Assembly: GCF_022539665.2 (NCBI RefSeq)
Contig: NC_081333.1
Coordinates: 8,246,001-8,310,000, forward strand
DNA: 64,000 nt
Reading direction: 5' to 3'
Source: Daphnia carinata
Taxonomy: Eukaryota
Position numbers and translations under genes: made by a program. Positions 49,601 to 62,096 of the stretch are shown here, piece by piece (the stretch's first letter is position 1; the number at the start of each line of letters is the position of its first letter). The notes beneath the pieces are model-generated. The model was not told the DNA's origin and searched no databases. It was given only the letters and a program-made list of their open reading frames with translations.

Positions 49601-50799
49601 AGTACTTTCAGCTAACACTATCAACCTAGTGTACGCTTTCAGCAACACGTAACATAAACAAGTTGTTGTATTCTGCAAGATTCTAACCTGGCAAAACTGT
49701 AGTGGGCGTGGTCCGTGCTGTTGATGTACTAATATCCGCGGCAGTTGTCAGAATTGGTAGAGATGTAGCCCGAAGATTCGCAGTGGGTGAGATTGTGATG
49801 CGTGGGGTCGCTGATCGCGAGGTCGTAGATACTACTAGAGCGTCCGTTGTACGTTGATTAGAACTTGAGGTGTTAAAGACGCTTGCCCTCCCCGTCACAG
49901 AGCGTGAAATTACAGAGGCAGCTTTTGAGTAAATGACATGATATCGAATTAATTTGACAGCGTCATTCTATAAGCTGCATGACATTCAAGGTAGGATGGG
50001 TAGTTTCCGTTTTCTTTGGGAATATTGGGTGTTCCTTACCTGCATCGGATGCATGCTCTAGATCGGCACCCTGTTCGAGTTTCACAATTGGTGGTGGTGG
50101 CGTTTTAAATCCAGCGAGTAATTCCATTGTATCAGCAGTTGGGATTCGCGTGGTACTAGGACCGCTTTTCTAGACGTTGAAAAAAATACTGATAAAAAAA
50201 AATAATTGCATGGTGTTGACATTGTATGTACCTTAGCCCATTTCAAAACTTCAACCAATCTTTCCTTTGGTGACAATTGCTGCTTTTCAATCTGCCGTTT
50301 TTTTCGGCCTATACAACAAAGTAAATGAAAATATGTCCAGCGACAGGTTACAACATTCGCCTCAGATGGTCGATAGATACATAAAAGATGAAGCCTTCAG
50401 TCCTCAAGTTATCATTATACCTTTTACTGGAGATTCCAGAGAATTGGACACCTGATCTGAAAATAAAACGATAGGGTCGACTGAATCGTAGGCATCTGCA
50501 GTCAACAAAGAATTCAGCAGAGTATCAGATTTCAGGGCGGCACTTGTTGCAGAAAATTCCTGGTCCTCGGCCGATGCAAGTATCGATACGGCACGTAACA
50601 GAGCATCTTCGATGTTACGCAAACGAATTGACTGTTCCTCGAGTCTGTCAAACAGAAACACGCACATTTCTTGTGGACAGGATGGCGGTCCGTCACTTGA
50701 TTTATCTAAGGCAGGGTCGTTGGCCAGGCATCCGACAGCTGCTATAAGAACCGCCGTAATAATTTTGAGCAAGTGTATCGAAACGCGCGGTCTACCCAT
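46643..50799 (-). CDS. Secreted multi-CUB-domain protein with an N-terminal Thr/Ser-rich region and FN3-like repeats, multi-exon
   Basis: Signal peptide LLKIITAVLIAAVGCLA; CUB motifs (CNILTSASGTL, YDGPYSTSPVL, CGGYI...CMWYIE, DCRWTIRV...IRLTFVYFDI...DFVT|IYDGP...SNQLLVRF...GFLAFY); stop at 46643. Confidence 0.78.
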
Positions 50800-51269
50800 C
50801 TTTGACGCTGAATTGTGACCAACGCACATTTATAGCTTTTACGAGGGCACGCACAATTTTTTGTCTATAGCTCTACACATACATGACCTGCTCCTTCCGC
50901 TTTCAACAAAACGAAAAGTTTCGTCGGAAATACGCTTATTGAAGTTCAGCAATTTCAATGACCTCCAACATTACGCAGCGTACTTTGCTTCACTGATGTA
51001 AGCATAATTTTTGGTATTTTTAAATGAATCCGAATGCTCACCAGAAATTTACCCATCAACGATTTTACCAGTCGCTAACCGATAGGCTATATGTCGGCAT
51101 TAAAACCGCATAAAACCGGACAGTATTTACTGTTTCGTTTTGAGACCAGATATTGATAACATAAGCCTGCTTCATTGTCTACAAAATAAGTGTCTGTCAA
51201 GTTTACCATTGTCTTGGGCTGATGCAGATTAGGAGATTCAGTCGGTTCTGTGCTTTTCCACTGTCAACG

Positions 51270-53100
51270 ATGCAAGTTGTGCACGTAGTCTGCTTGTTGG
51301 CGGCCTTAGGGCTTTCAGCCGCGATTTTGCCAAAATCCATCGACTATTCTGGGTAATTAAATAAATTATATATTTGAAAGTTGTTCATTTCAATGCCATT
51401 GGAATTTACCTTTTGGATTTCAGCCATAAAGTTGTCAGTGTTTTGCCCAAATCGGAGGAAGGCCTTCGAACGCTACAGAATTTCGAGCGACAAGGCTTGA
51501 TCAAATATTGGATTCACCCCGCAGGATTGAACCGCCCCGCATCCTTTCAGATATCTGCCAGCGATTTGGAACTGGTGTCCAATGTCCTAGCTGAACAAGC
51601 GTTGAGTCCGATCGTCCTTATTGATAATATTCAAGAGTAAATATGAGTGATACGACAATGTTTACGTAAAACGATCGCCCGTCACACTTTTCTCTATTTA
51701 CTAGTCTAATCGAAAAGCAGAACAAGGAAATTCTTGAACGACAACTTCAGAATGCCAACAGCAAAGCGTTTGATTTCGAAAACTTCCACACATACCCTGA
51801 AGTAAATAATTTAACAAACTCAACATAACCGAGCGCACTGATGTTATCAAATGAATTAAATACGAATTATTATCATTAGTTACTTGCCTTTATGCAAGAA
51901 ACGGCAGCCAATAACTCTTTGGTGAGTTACTCCGTCATTGGACAATCTTATGAAGGACGCGATATTGGCCAGGTTACAGTCCGAACAGGAAGCGCTGGAG
52001 TTAAACAGATTATCTTCTTGGAATGCGGAATTCATGCCAGGGAATGGATCACGGAATCCACATGCATCTGGATTTTTGATCAAGTGCGAAATTAATCATT
52101 AACAGAAATATCGTATCAAATTTCATAATTAGACGCATTCAAATAACAGTTGGCCAATGGGTATGGCATCGATGCCGAAATTACCGCATTGGTAGACAAA
52201 TTCGACTGGATAATTGTTCCAACTTCCAACCCAGATGGATACGAGTACACGTGGGCATCGGTATAAAATCACCCCGTCAGGGACCGAAATATTTTTCAAG
52301 CAAATGTGATGGGAGTTAAACCTTTTTTTATCGAATGCTTTCCAAGGATCGTCTTTGGAGGAAGAACCGCGCGTTGACAGATAACGCACTTTGCCCTGGA
52401 GTCGATTTGAACAGGAATTACGATGCCAATTTTGGTGGAGACGGGTCATCTCCATTACCTTGCTCGGAAACAGTAAGCCAAATCTGTTTAGGGAATGTAA
52501 TGGTCAAAGAATTAACTGATACGTGTAATTATGTGCCAATTTAGTACCATGGGGTGAGCGCCTTTTCCGAATCGGAAGCGGTAGCCATACGCGATAGTTT
52601 GGCAGCAAATAGGAGATTTGTCAAGGCTTTTGTCTCGGTCCACTCGTATGGCGGAATATGGATGTCTCCATACGGTTACATCAAAGAGTTGCCCCTAGAG
52701 TACGACGAAATGGTGTGATATTCACAGATTTTTTGAATACTTATTAAATTTTGTTCTGATTTTCATTTGCTTCGCTAGTATCGCGTTATGGCTATCGGGT
52801 GCGAGGCAATCACAGCAACTTACGGAACTCCCTTTGAATACGCCAATGAGGCAGCTATCTTGTGTAAGTATCGTAAATTTTCTAAATGAATTCGAAATTA
52901 ATTTTCAGCATCGTATATCAGATTTGACATCGGGCACAACCAGAGATTACGCTTATGTCGGTAGCGATAACATAATTTACGCTTACACAATCGAGACGCG
53001 TGGAAAGGCTTACGGCTTCGTGCCACCGCCAAGTGAAATTTTGGAAACAGCCATCGAAACATGGAACGGTATTAAGGCTATGGCCTTCAACTTGTTGTAA
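51270..53100 (+). CDS. Zinc carboxypeptidase, M14A preproenzyme, multi-exon
   Basis: Signal and propeptide, [32 protein letters not shown] and TIETRG. The specificity segment is SGTTRDYAY. Intron positions match the 29395-31185 paralogue. Confidence 0.93.
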
Positions 53101-56100
53101 GCTGTCACTAATTGCTACGGTTCTTTGTAATCTACGCTTATGAGCCACTACGCCTAAAAAATATACATTAATAAACGTCATAGAAAGTCTGTGACTATCT
53201 ACCGTTCATTGCTTGCCGGATGGCTGCATTATTAATGCATCTATTGCTTTAATTATATCCTTTTGATTTCACAGAAATCAAGTGAAACTGGACAAATAAC
53301 TTCATTTAAGCTTCCCTTATAGATAATATTAAAACACCCTTTCTCATTTTTTTAGGTTACCTGAATGAATAATGCAAGCTAAGCGTAAGAAAAGGAAAGA
53401 AGTCATTTGGGTTGATAAAACTGATGGACGAATGATGTACTCACAGTTGTTGGGTGTTTCGCGGATTGTAATCAGTCGTTCTGATGATTTGTGATCGTCT
53501 GGACAGCTGCCGAATGTCACAACACTTAGCCAGGCATCAATTCGGACCGGAAGCCCTCATGTCAAAAGAGTTATCTTGTTGGATTGCTGAACACTTGCTC
53601 CGAGAGTGGGTTCAAAAGGGTCCACTTGCAAGTAACCTTTGGTCAAATAAACAAAATAAAACAAAAATAAACACGGTTAATGGGTAAACAAGTAAAGTGG
53701 TTTGCGGGCAAATAAAAGGACGTTCAGTAATCGCGAAACAACTTTAATTAAATTTGGGATAGATTGTACCGTCCAATACAAATGAGTGCTCACCCTGCCA
53801 ATCAATTTAAAAGAATCAGATTGCATTTGAAATCATTTTCACGAATTCTACAACACCTACGAGGACGCAGTCCACGTTCAACCCAGAAGGTGGCGTTTCC
53901 AGAGGAGTGGCTCTTAAAAATCACGCACGGTCGTTATCATGTCGGCATAAGCACCAACTGCGTCAAACACGATGATCACGTTAAGTGCCATTTAGGGGAA
54001 ACCTTGCTAAGCATCACTAAAACAGTCTTACGTTTCATACCCAACGACTATGTATGTAACGGGCTATACTCCACAAGGAGTTAACATTACATTCTCAAGA
54101 ATTCGACACCTTAAATTAACAACAGATAAGAAAAATTTGAATGTTACGTCACCTTGCAGCATGCAAGTCATTGTGCTAAAAGGCTTTAGTGTATCCCTAA
54201 CTTAATAACAATGTTTCTGCGAGTTTCGGGACTAAGGAATTACGAAAATGAAATGTGAAATGTTGCAGACCTTCATATTAGACCCGGCACAGTCATCGAC
54301 ATCAAGTGCCACGTCGGTTATCGTGTTTCGATAGAATCATTGGAAATACACGACCTAATTCCGTGCAATGCTTTCTGATTCTGTATCGAGCAAGGTTTTT
54401 CATTAGTTTATCGATGTGGAAATAACGCTAAATAAGCTATCAACGACGAACGTTTCTTTAAAAAAAAAATTATGGTCTTTGCCAAACGAATAACTAGGAC
54501 AGAATACCATGCAATATCAGCTTGATTTGACCGGAACGATCTCTGCCAAAAATTCCCAGCGCGCAAATGACGCATCCATCACTTAGTAACTGATTCACTG
54601 CGTCAAATTGTTCGAAAGAAAAACAGGCCATGGAAAAGGCGTTGCAATGCAAAGCGATTAATTACAGGGTCGCAGGGATCGTCATGCGAAGATTGGCAAT
54701 GCGTCATTTAATGATATACAAATTTAAATTGCTGAGCATATTATACAAGGATTACCCAAATTTCAAGATGATTTGCATTATAAAACTTCAATAAAAAATT
54801 GCACAAGATTATCTTTCAACTGACCGACATTTTTTAACATTGGAAACATGATGCGACGGACATTTGAAATTGAAACATTGGTGTTCGTTACGGAGATTTG
54901 AAGTAAAACAGACAGGCCTACACGCAGGCCAGGAATATATGCGAAAGAAAGCGTTTTGATCGACAAAAAATTATTAAAAGTTAGCTCCATTAAGTGACAA
55001 CATAGCTGTCTTATCGTCTCGCTGCCGACCTCTGCAACATGTAAAAGTAGTTCCGTTTAGCGGTCGCACATGTTGTTTGTTTTTTTCAAGAGTTCAACGC
55101 ACATTTTTTATTCCGTTAAACCCTGTGTGAATTGGGCAATTGCCCAGAATTCCATCACCTACACGCGAAGATGTTTGTGACACTGACGACTTCCACACGG
55201 TAAGCGCGTAATAATTGGGGTCCATAAACCCAGTTGCCAAAGTGCTAATGAAATGACGACGTTCAAAGCGGAGTAACTTCACCGTAACTCGTATCTCTAT
55301 AAAGTTTTATTTGCTCTAGCGCGGCGAGGGCGTCTCTTAAAACGTATGGAAATTTCCTACCCCGTCACGTTGAGCGATCCCAAGTCGAGATCCACACGAG
55401 CCGCCGGAACTAATGGAATGTCAATTCATCACGAGCCGTGAAGGTACAAGATCCATGGATGATGCATGACGAAAGAAATAAAAAGAAAGACCAAAAAACA
55501 CATACTGTACATATCTGGGAAAATCCTTGTGTCATTTTCCCGTTATAGTACAACACGTTCTGCATCCAATTGATAGCGTTACCTTGCAATTCTTTAATTC
55601 AACCGGTGTCTTAAAAAGAAAATAGAGTCCGGTAAGAGATAGAACGTGATAAAACAATGATTTATATTCGCGATGCACAAGGATGTGGCACGGCCATAGA
55701 TAAATACTTTTCTCTGGGACGGGGTAAAAATGTAAGCGAACGGTCACGTGCTCTCAGATTCGCCAAGTTCCAGATTGTTTACTAATTTATATTCGGTATC
55801 TTAGTATCTTAACGCTACAGATAGATTTGAAAAAGAATGGGGATTAGGCGGTTGAGCGAGGACAAGCGCAAATAATTCGACAGAGATACTCGCATCCTTG
55901 AGGTTGACACACTCCTTTCTTATCCAACAATAAAATACGAGTCAAACGGTGCAACAATTTCAGCTAACAGTCACTGCGGTCTTCGATTATGGGCTTTCAG
56001 TTTTATCGAACAAAAAAAGCGAAGGGTTTTTTTTTTTGTCTTCCCCTTTCGTTTTCTTTTTAACTGTTGGATAAGCCCAAATGCCAAAAGATAACGACAA

Positions 56101-57282
56101 CGGAAATGTGTCACTTATGGCTCACGGACGTGACGCGATAACCTGGACGTTGCGGTAGTTAACAATTTTACGACAGTCAACACCAGGCTACACATCCGCC
56201 GAAAAAATCACAGGCAGGAAAAAGTCATTGAAAGGCGTCAAATAGCCTGTAAAACTAACGTCATTCAAGCTTAAGGCAGTCAAAAACTGCGCCTCTTCTT
56301 TAAAAAAAAAAAAAAGAAATGGAGGGAGGGGTCATTCGTCTCATAATGATAATGCCATCAAGTGTCCAAAGTGCTGGCAAACTATGCAAGCACTTAAAAC
56401 CTCTTTTTATTGGCTTCCTTGTTTGCGATAGCAGTTACAGTATGCACTTCCTGTCTTTAAAAAAAAAAACGAAACCTCTTATTGCGCATTCGCTCGTAAT
56501 CATCGTACGCTGAGTCAAGACGTTAAAAACGTGGGCGAGCATAGCCGAGTGGGCAGGTGTGGGAAAGAAGCAAGAGAGGGAAGAAACGCATTAATTTTCC
56601 GATAACCATTCAATTTGGTGATCGTATAAATGTATATACCCGATAAAAGATTTATCCGTTGCCTGAAAAAGAAAAACAAAACAAAAAATTCTTTTTCCCT
56701 AGTCGTGACAGACACATACTTGAGAAGGTTGTTAAAAAAAATGTTTGGCATCCGGCACGGAGATGAACGAGTCAACAGAAAACAAAAAAACAAACAAAAA
56801 AAAAAAAAAAAAAAAAAAGAGAAGGAGGAATGCAGCGATGGGCGGAGCATGACGGTTACCTGGACGAACGGGAGTGAGGATATGCGTGAGACGGTGTTGC
56901 GTCTCGAGGAAGGGCGATTCCTCAACTTGATTGGGCCTCGTCAGCCAATAAGAGGACGTCGGTGAGGGAGAAACAAATGTGGGTGGCGCAGGCAAAAAGG
57001 TGGAGTTTGGCCTTCTCTTTCGCTTGTCCACGCTGGCAGACACCGTCCATCCCGCTCGTCCCAGCAGCCGAAGAACGCAGGGGGCTAACCCGCGGCCAGC
57101 AGGGAACCCCAAGCGCTGCTCCTGTTCAGTTCCCACGCTTTCCCAAGTTACGTACTTGTGTATACACATCTCCCTCTGCTAGTCCGGCTCTCTCTTTCTC
57201 TCTTGCACTCTCACTATCTACCTCGCGCCTTGCTTCCCCAAAGCAAGACAACTCCTCCTTTTCTTCATCTACGTCTATTCGC

Positions 57283-57370
<88 letters not shown>
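57283..57370. repeat. (TATC)n microsatellite, ~22 units
   Basis: Directly visible. Confidence 0.97.
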
Positions 57371-59334
57371 CCATCCAAAAAAGAAAAAAAGAGAGAGAGA
57401 GAGAAAAAAAAAATCTTAATAATATTGGAAGATGCATGACAAACCTGTTTTGGGGCCCTAAGCTTATTCTTTCTCGATTCTTCTTTTTTTCTTCCCCATC
57501 TTCTTCTTCCTCCTCCTCCTGGAACCTTCGCTCCACTACCTGACTAGGCGCGAAGTCTTACCTGCGCGTTCAAGTCTCGTGCGACTGTGGCCACGTAATT
57601 ATCGGAATGGAACGTTCGACTGGAATGCGATGCAATGCGATGGAGCGAATGATGGGCGAAAAGGTGGAGGCTATGGGGCATAGCCTCTCTCTCTTTCTCT
57701 CTCTCTGTCTCAACAATTCAAGAGGCATTCATCAAACGCCAATTGGTGCCAACACACATAGACATCCACACACACACACACACACACCCCTCTTTGGCGT
57801 TCAATGTCTCTCGGCAAGGGTCGTAAACACGCCACAAAACATCAGTCCCGAAAACAGTCGATAAACATTCCCCCGTCGATAGGCGAAACGAAGCGAGTAT
57901 AAATAATAATCTAAACGAGCATTCCGCGGGCGACGAATGCGTGAGAGAAATTGCATCCCAACAATCATCGAAGAAGATGGAATAAAAAATCAAAGAACGA
58001 ATCGACGAGTGTCGTGAAACAAATCAACTTTGCCTGGCTGTCGGTTCCACTGACTACGGCTTATTATTCGTCTCTTCATTTAATAGCATTGTATAAATGA
58101 TCTGTTAGAAACAAACAAAAAATAAATTAAAAAAAAAAATCGTTTGACGAAGGAGACGGAGGGGGAATCCGTCCAATGCAGAAACGATTTAAAAGTGATA
58201 AAAAATGCAGCACATCGTCGATCCTTATTGCTTGCTACGGCAACTTAAAAAAAAAAAAAAAATATGTTGGCAGGGAAATCAATCGAGCATTGGCGTGGTG
58301 CGGCCAATTTTCACGTCCGACGGCCGTTTCACACCGGTGATGAACACAATCCTCGGTTCATTATCCACGCACGTTATCGCCTGCCGTCACGATAGCGCAC
58401 GAAGTGTGTATGACTGAACGCCGTCACGTTCATCTACGCTGCTATATAAAATAGCCTACCACATCTACAGCTAATTCAATAACCGATCTTTGTCTTTATT
58501 TTTTTTACTTTTTATCACGTATTTTCAATCTTTTTCTTTTCTTTTAGGTGCCATTGTTTCTATCCAAAGACACGAAAGAGATAACGAGTCAGTTTGTGAT
58601 AAACAGAAAAACATAAATAAATAAAATGAAAATAAACGTGTCTTGTAATCAACTTTTAGTTTGTGTTGGTGCTTTGATATTTCATTTGGCACTGTTTTAA
58701 TACCTTGAAAGGCAACAATGAGGCATCTAATGGCACATTACTTTCTACTATGCAATAAAGTCCAAATCGTAAATCTTGAATCACGACGTGCGATAAACGA
58801 GTGACGAGAGAATCAGACAGAGGGAGAGAGTGAACACGAAATCGTCGTTCAAGATCACGCAAGTCAATCGGGAAATTGGCATGCGAGGCTGTCTCGGTCT
58901 ACCGGGCTAAACACGGCAAAAACGAGTCGAAAGTGGCTATGAGAAACGAAGACACAGTTGGGATGAGAAAACGAAACAGAGGGAAAAAAAAACTAAAAAA
59001 AAACTAAACACAAGGCAAAAAAAGGCAAAAAAAAAAACAAAGGTGAAGGAGGTGAGTTAAGAGCAAGAAGGAAAGGTAGGCGGCCGTGGAAGTGGAAGGG
59101 GCACTGTTTGGCCATAGGGATGGCGATGAGGTGGCGAGGGGTGGGCCTTGTGTTCTATGAGAAAGCGGTGGTTAAGAGCTCCGGAACCAGAAATTCCAAA
59201 CAGAGCTTCAGCACACTCGACGATTCGACTGTGTTCATCTCAGACGCATTGTGCGCAACCGCTCGCAGTGCCCCAGCACATTCAGTCTCGTGTAGAAGCC
59301 CGTAGAAGCTACTTGTCACCTTCTTTTTTTCTAG

Positions 59335-59340
<6 letters not shown>

Positions 59341-59380
<40 letters not shown>
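59341..59380. repeat. (AG)n microsatellite, ~20 units
   Basis: Directly visible. Confidence 0.97.
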
Positions 59381-59382
<2 letters not shown>

Positions 59383-61321
59383 TGCGAGAGAAGGAACTAA
59401 CAGAGTTAGACGTACACGCAGAGAAAAAGACGGAGAAGAGAAAAAGAGAAAAGAGGAGGTACCAAATAAAAAGCGAAGCCTCCTCCTCCATACCTCCCTG
59501 CCCACTTTTATATCTCGGAAGAGCAGCGGTGGTTTTTTTTTCTGGTACACCTTGGTAAAACCTATCGGCGTGGCGTTGGAAAAAAAAAGAGGAAAAAAAA
59601 AAAGGAAAAAAAAAAAAAAAAAAAAATACGCTCAGGCCCCCGAACCGTGTCTCCCTTTTGTCGCTTATGGTCAACGCATTCATTCGTTGACTAACTGTCT
59701 ACTCGGTCAGCAGCAACTACAGCAGCAGCTACTAGATCGCCACCGCACTCAAACATGTAAGTCTGTCGCAATTTTTACTCAACTCTATTCACGGTACTTA
59801 ATAAAATCGTAATGATAAAGTGTAGAGTAGACAGTGATGCTAGCACTCGGATACATTCGAAGCAATGCGAAATTAAGCGCACGGTTTGTTATATAACGAC
59901 CGTTCGTAGTGCCTTTCTATTTGCTGGTGATTTGGGAAACGAAACGTTGGGGTCGCAATTCAAGAATTGTATGGTCCTATGGCAATTTTGTAGTAGCCCT
60001 TTTTGTTTAATTGAATTATATCGGGAAATCAAGTGCCTCCGTTCGAGTTAAGTCAATCGGAGACGGACTGTAATTGATTCAGAAATGCTAATCAAACGAC
60101 TGTGGAGAATCGAATTCGATTGTTTGCTTAACTGGCTCCAGCCAGGCCTAAACCATGGAAAAGTAAGGTTCCCGCAATTATCAATTAGTTTGAAATCACG
60201 TTACGAAACACGCGAAATTAGATTTTTTTTTTTTCCGTTTACATTCAAAACAAAAGGAGGGAAATAAGAAAATACATGGGGAAAACCCTAGGCGCATCAA
60301 GTGGCACGCTTCGAAAATTAATTGTATAGGTTTATCCCCAGAAAACTATACGGTCCCCAATTGGCCGTATATAATTTTAACCGAAAAAGAAAACAAAAAA
60401 ATAAGGAAGAAGAGAGGGGAGACGCATATCAGGGGCCGGGTAGTGTGCTGCGCTTTATAAGAGGGCTGCGCGCGTGCAACAGAGAAGTGATGGGTAAGAC
60501 AGGTAGCTACGGCTCTACAATGCCAAAGGGGCTCCGAGTGGTGGCACGCGGTAGCTCAACAGGCCGCAGCACGGTAGCCGTCGGAGGATATTATACTTGA
60601 ACTGGCACCCAATGGTGATCGGACGGCAACCCGAATACCACCCAACGAAACTATCAAACAACAATTTTTCTTTTCCCTCCGTTTCTTGCACTTCGCGCGG
60701 ACTTCTTGACGAATCGAAACGTGGCTAAATGCGCGAGAGCTTTGGAACTAATATCGAATCCCGAAATGGAACAGTTAATGAACGGGAAACTAACATCGAA
60801 AGGGCCAGTCTCGTAATGGGACGCGAAGAAGGGAGAGATTTGATTTTTGGCAGCATTTAAATTAGAAAATTGTATTAGGTAATGGGATTGAGGAATCTAT
60901 TGCGCTGGACTCAAGAATGCGAAGCGGCTCGAGAAAATTACAGGCTAAGTGGAATGGGGGGGGGGGGTTTGCCTTGCGTGTTTTACCCGAGTTACGGTCG
61001 TTGTAAGGCAAACAAGCCGAACGCGACCGCGGTCATTATCTCATTCTTTTCAATTAAATGGTTAAAGGGCCGAAACTAAACAACTACCAACCTATACACG
61101 ATATCGATTTACGCGCTGTCCGGCGGTTTAAAAAGTCCGATGGGAAAGGAACGGAACAAAAACAGTACAACAACATAAAAGGCGAAAAATTGTGGAGTAG
61201 GAGGATCTCTATCACCACACGCGGCGTCTGTTAGTTTTTTTGGGGGGACGGGGGAGGGGTGGGGTTTAAAATACAATAGAAAATCCTTTTGTTAGTTGCA
61301 AACTGCTCTTTCCTCTCGTTT

Positions 61322-61352
<31 letters not shown>

Positions 61353-62048
61353 GACCCTCTAAATCGATCGCTTTCCGCTTAGCTGCTTTTGTGTGTTTGG
61401 GCGCTTAGTTTTTGTTCACTCTAAACACACACGAACACGAAGACGGACAAGAAAAAGAGTCGAGACAGGGAAGGAGGTACAACATAAAGTTGTTTCAACA
61501 ATTTTGTTTTGCGAGGAGTTTCACAATAGGCGCATCCATTCCATACGATTGAGCAATAATGGCCGCTAAAGGCCAAACATTCTTCCGTTTTTTCCCGACA
61601 ACTTGGCTGAGCGGAAAGGCCAACACACGAATCTAAACAAGACTCGCAATGAAAGCGAACCTTTCTCCACGAATAACAACGATCTCAAACCTTTATTTTT
61701 CTGTTGTTTTTAAAACAAACGACTTTTTAAGTCCGGTCGACCCCTTTTTCTTCTCTCTCCCTCTCAAGTTTTTACCTTTTTCTGATGGCCCTGATCTTCC
61801 TACAAGAAAAGAAAAGATATATGGCTCTCATCCACTAAGTTCGATGAAGCAGAAAGAAGAGAGTGGGCGGTAAATGAGCGCGTTTCAGACCAGTTTTCTC
61901 TGTCTTCCTTTTTTTTTCCAGTCTTATTTTCAAGCGTTTAGGTCGCACTTTGACCCCTTCGACTGCGTCCAAAACACCCAAAATCTAAAACACAATGCGC
62001 CTTCTACCCATGCACTATAGAGCTATCTAGATTGTATGCATACATATA

Positions 62049-62050
<2 letters not shown>

Positions 62051-62088
<38 letters not shown>
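62051..62088. repeat. (TA)n microsatellite, ~19 units
   Basis: Directly visible. Confidence 0.97.

Positions 62089-62096
<8 letters not shown>

Noticed and set aside
56558..57138. Su(H)-like sites (TGTGGGAA, TTCCCACG) as a Notch paired site
   Set aside because: About 570 bp apart, far from paired-site spacing, and expected by chance.
56962..59812. ORFs of 90-190 aa (SIYL repeats, ERER, poly-K/F)
   Set aside because: Translations of microsatellites and homopolymer tracts.
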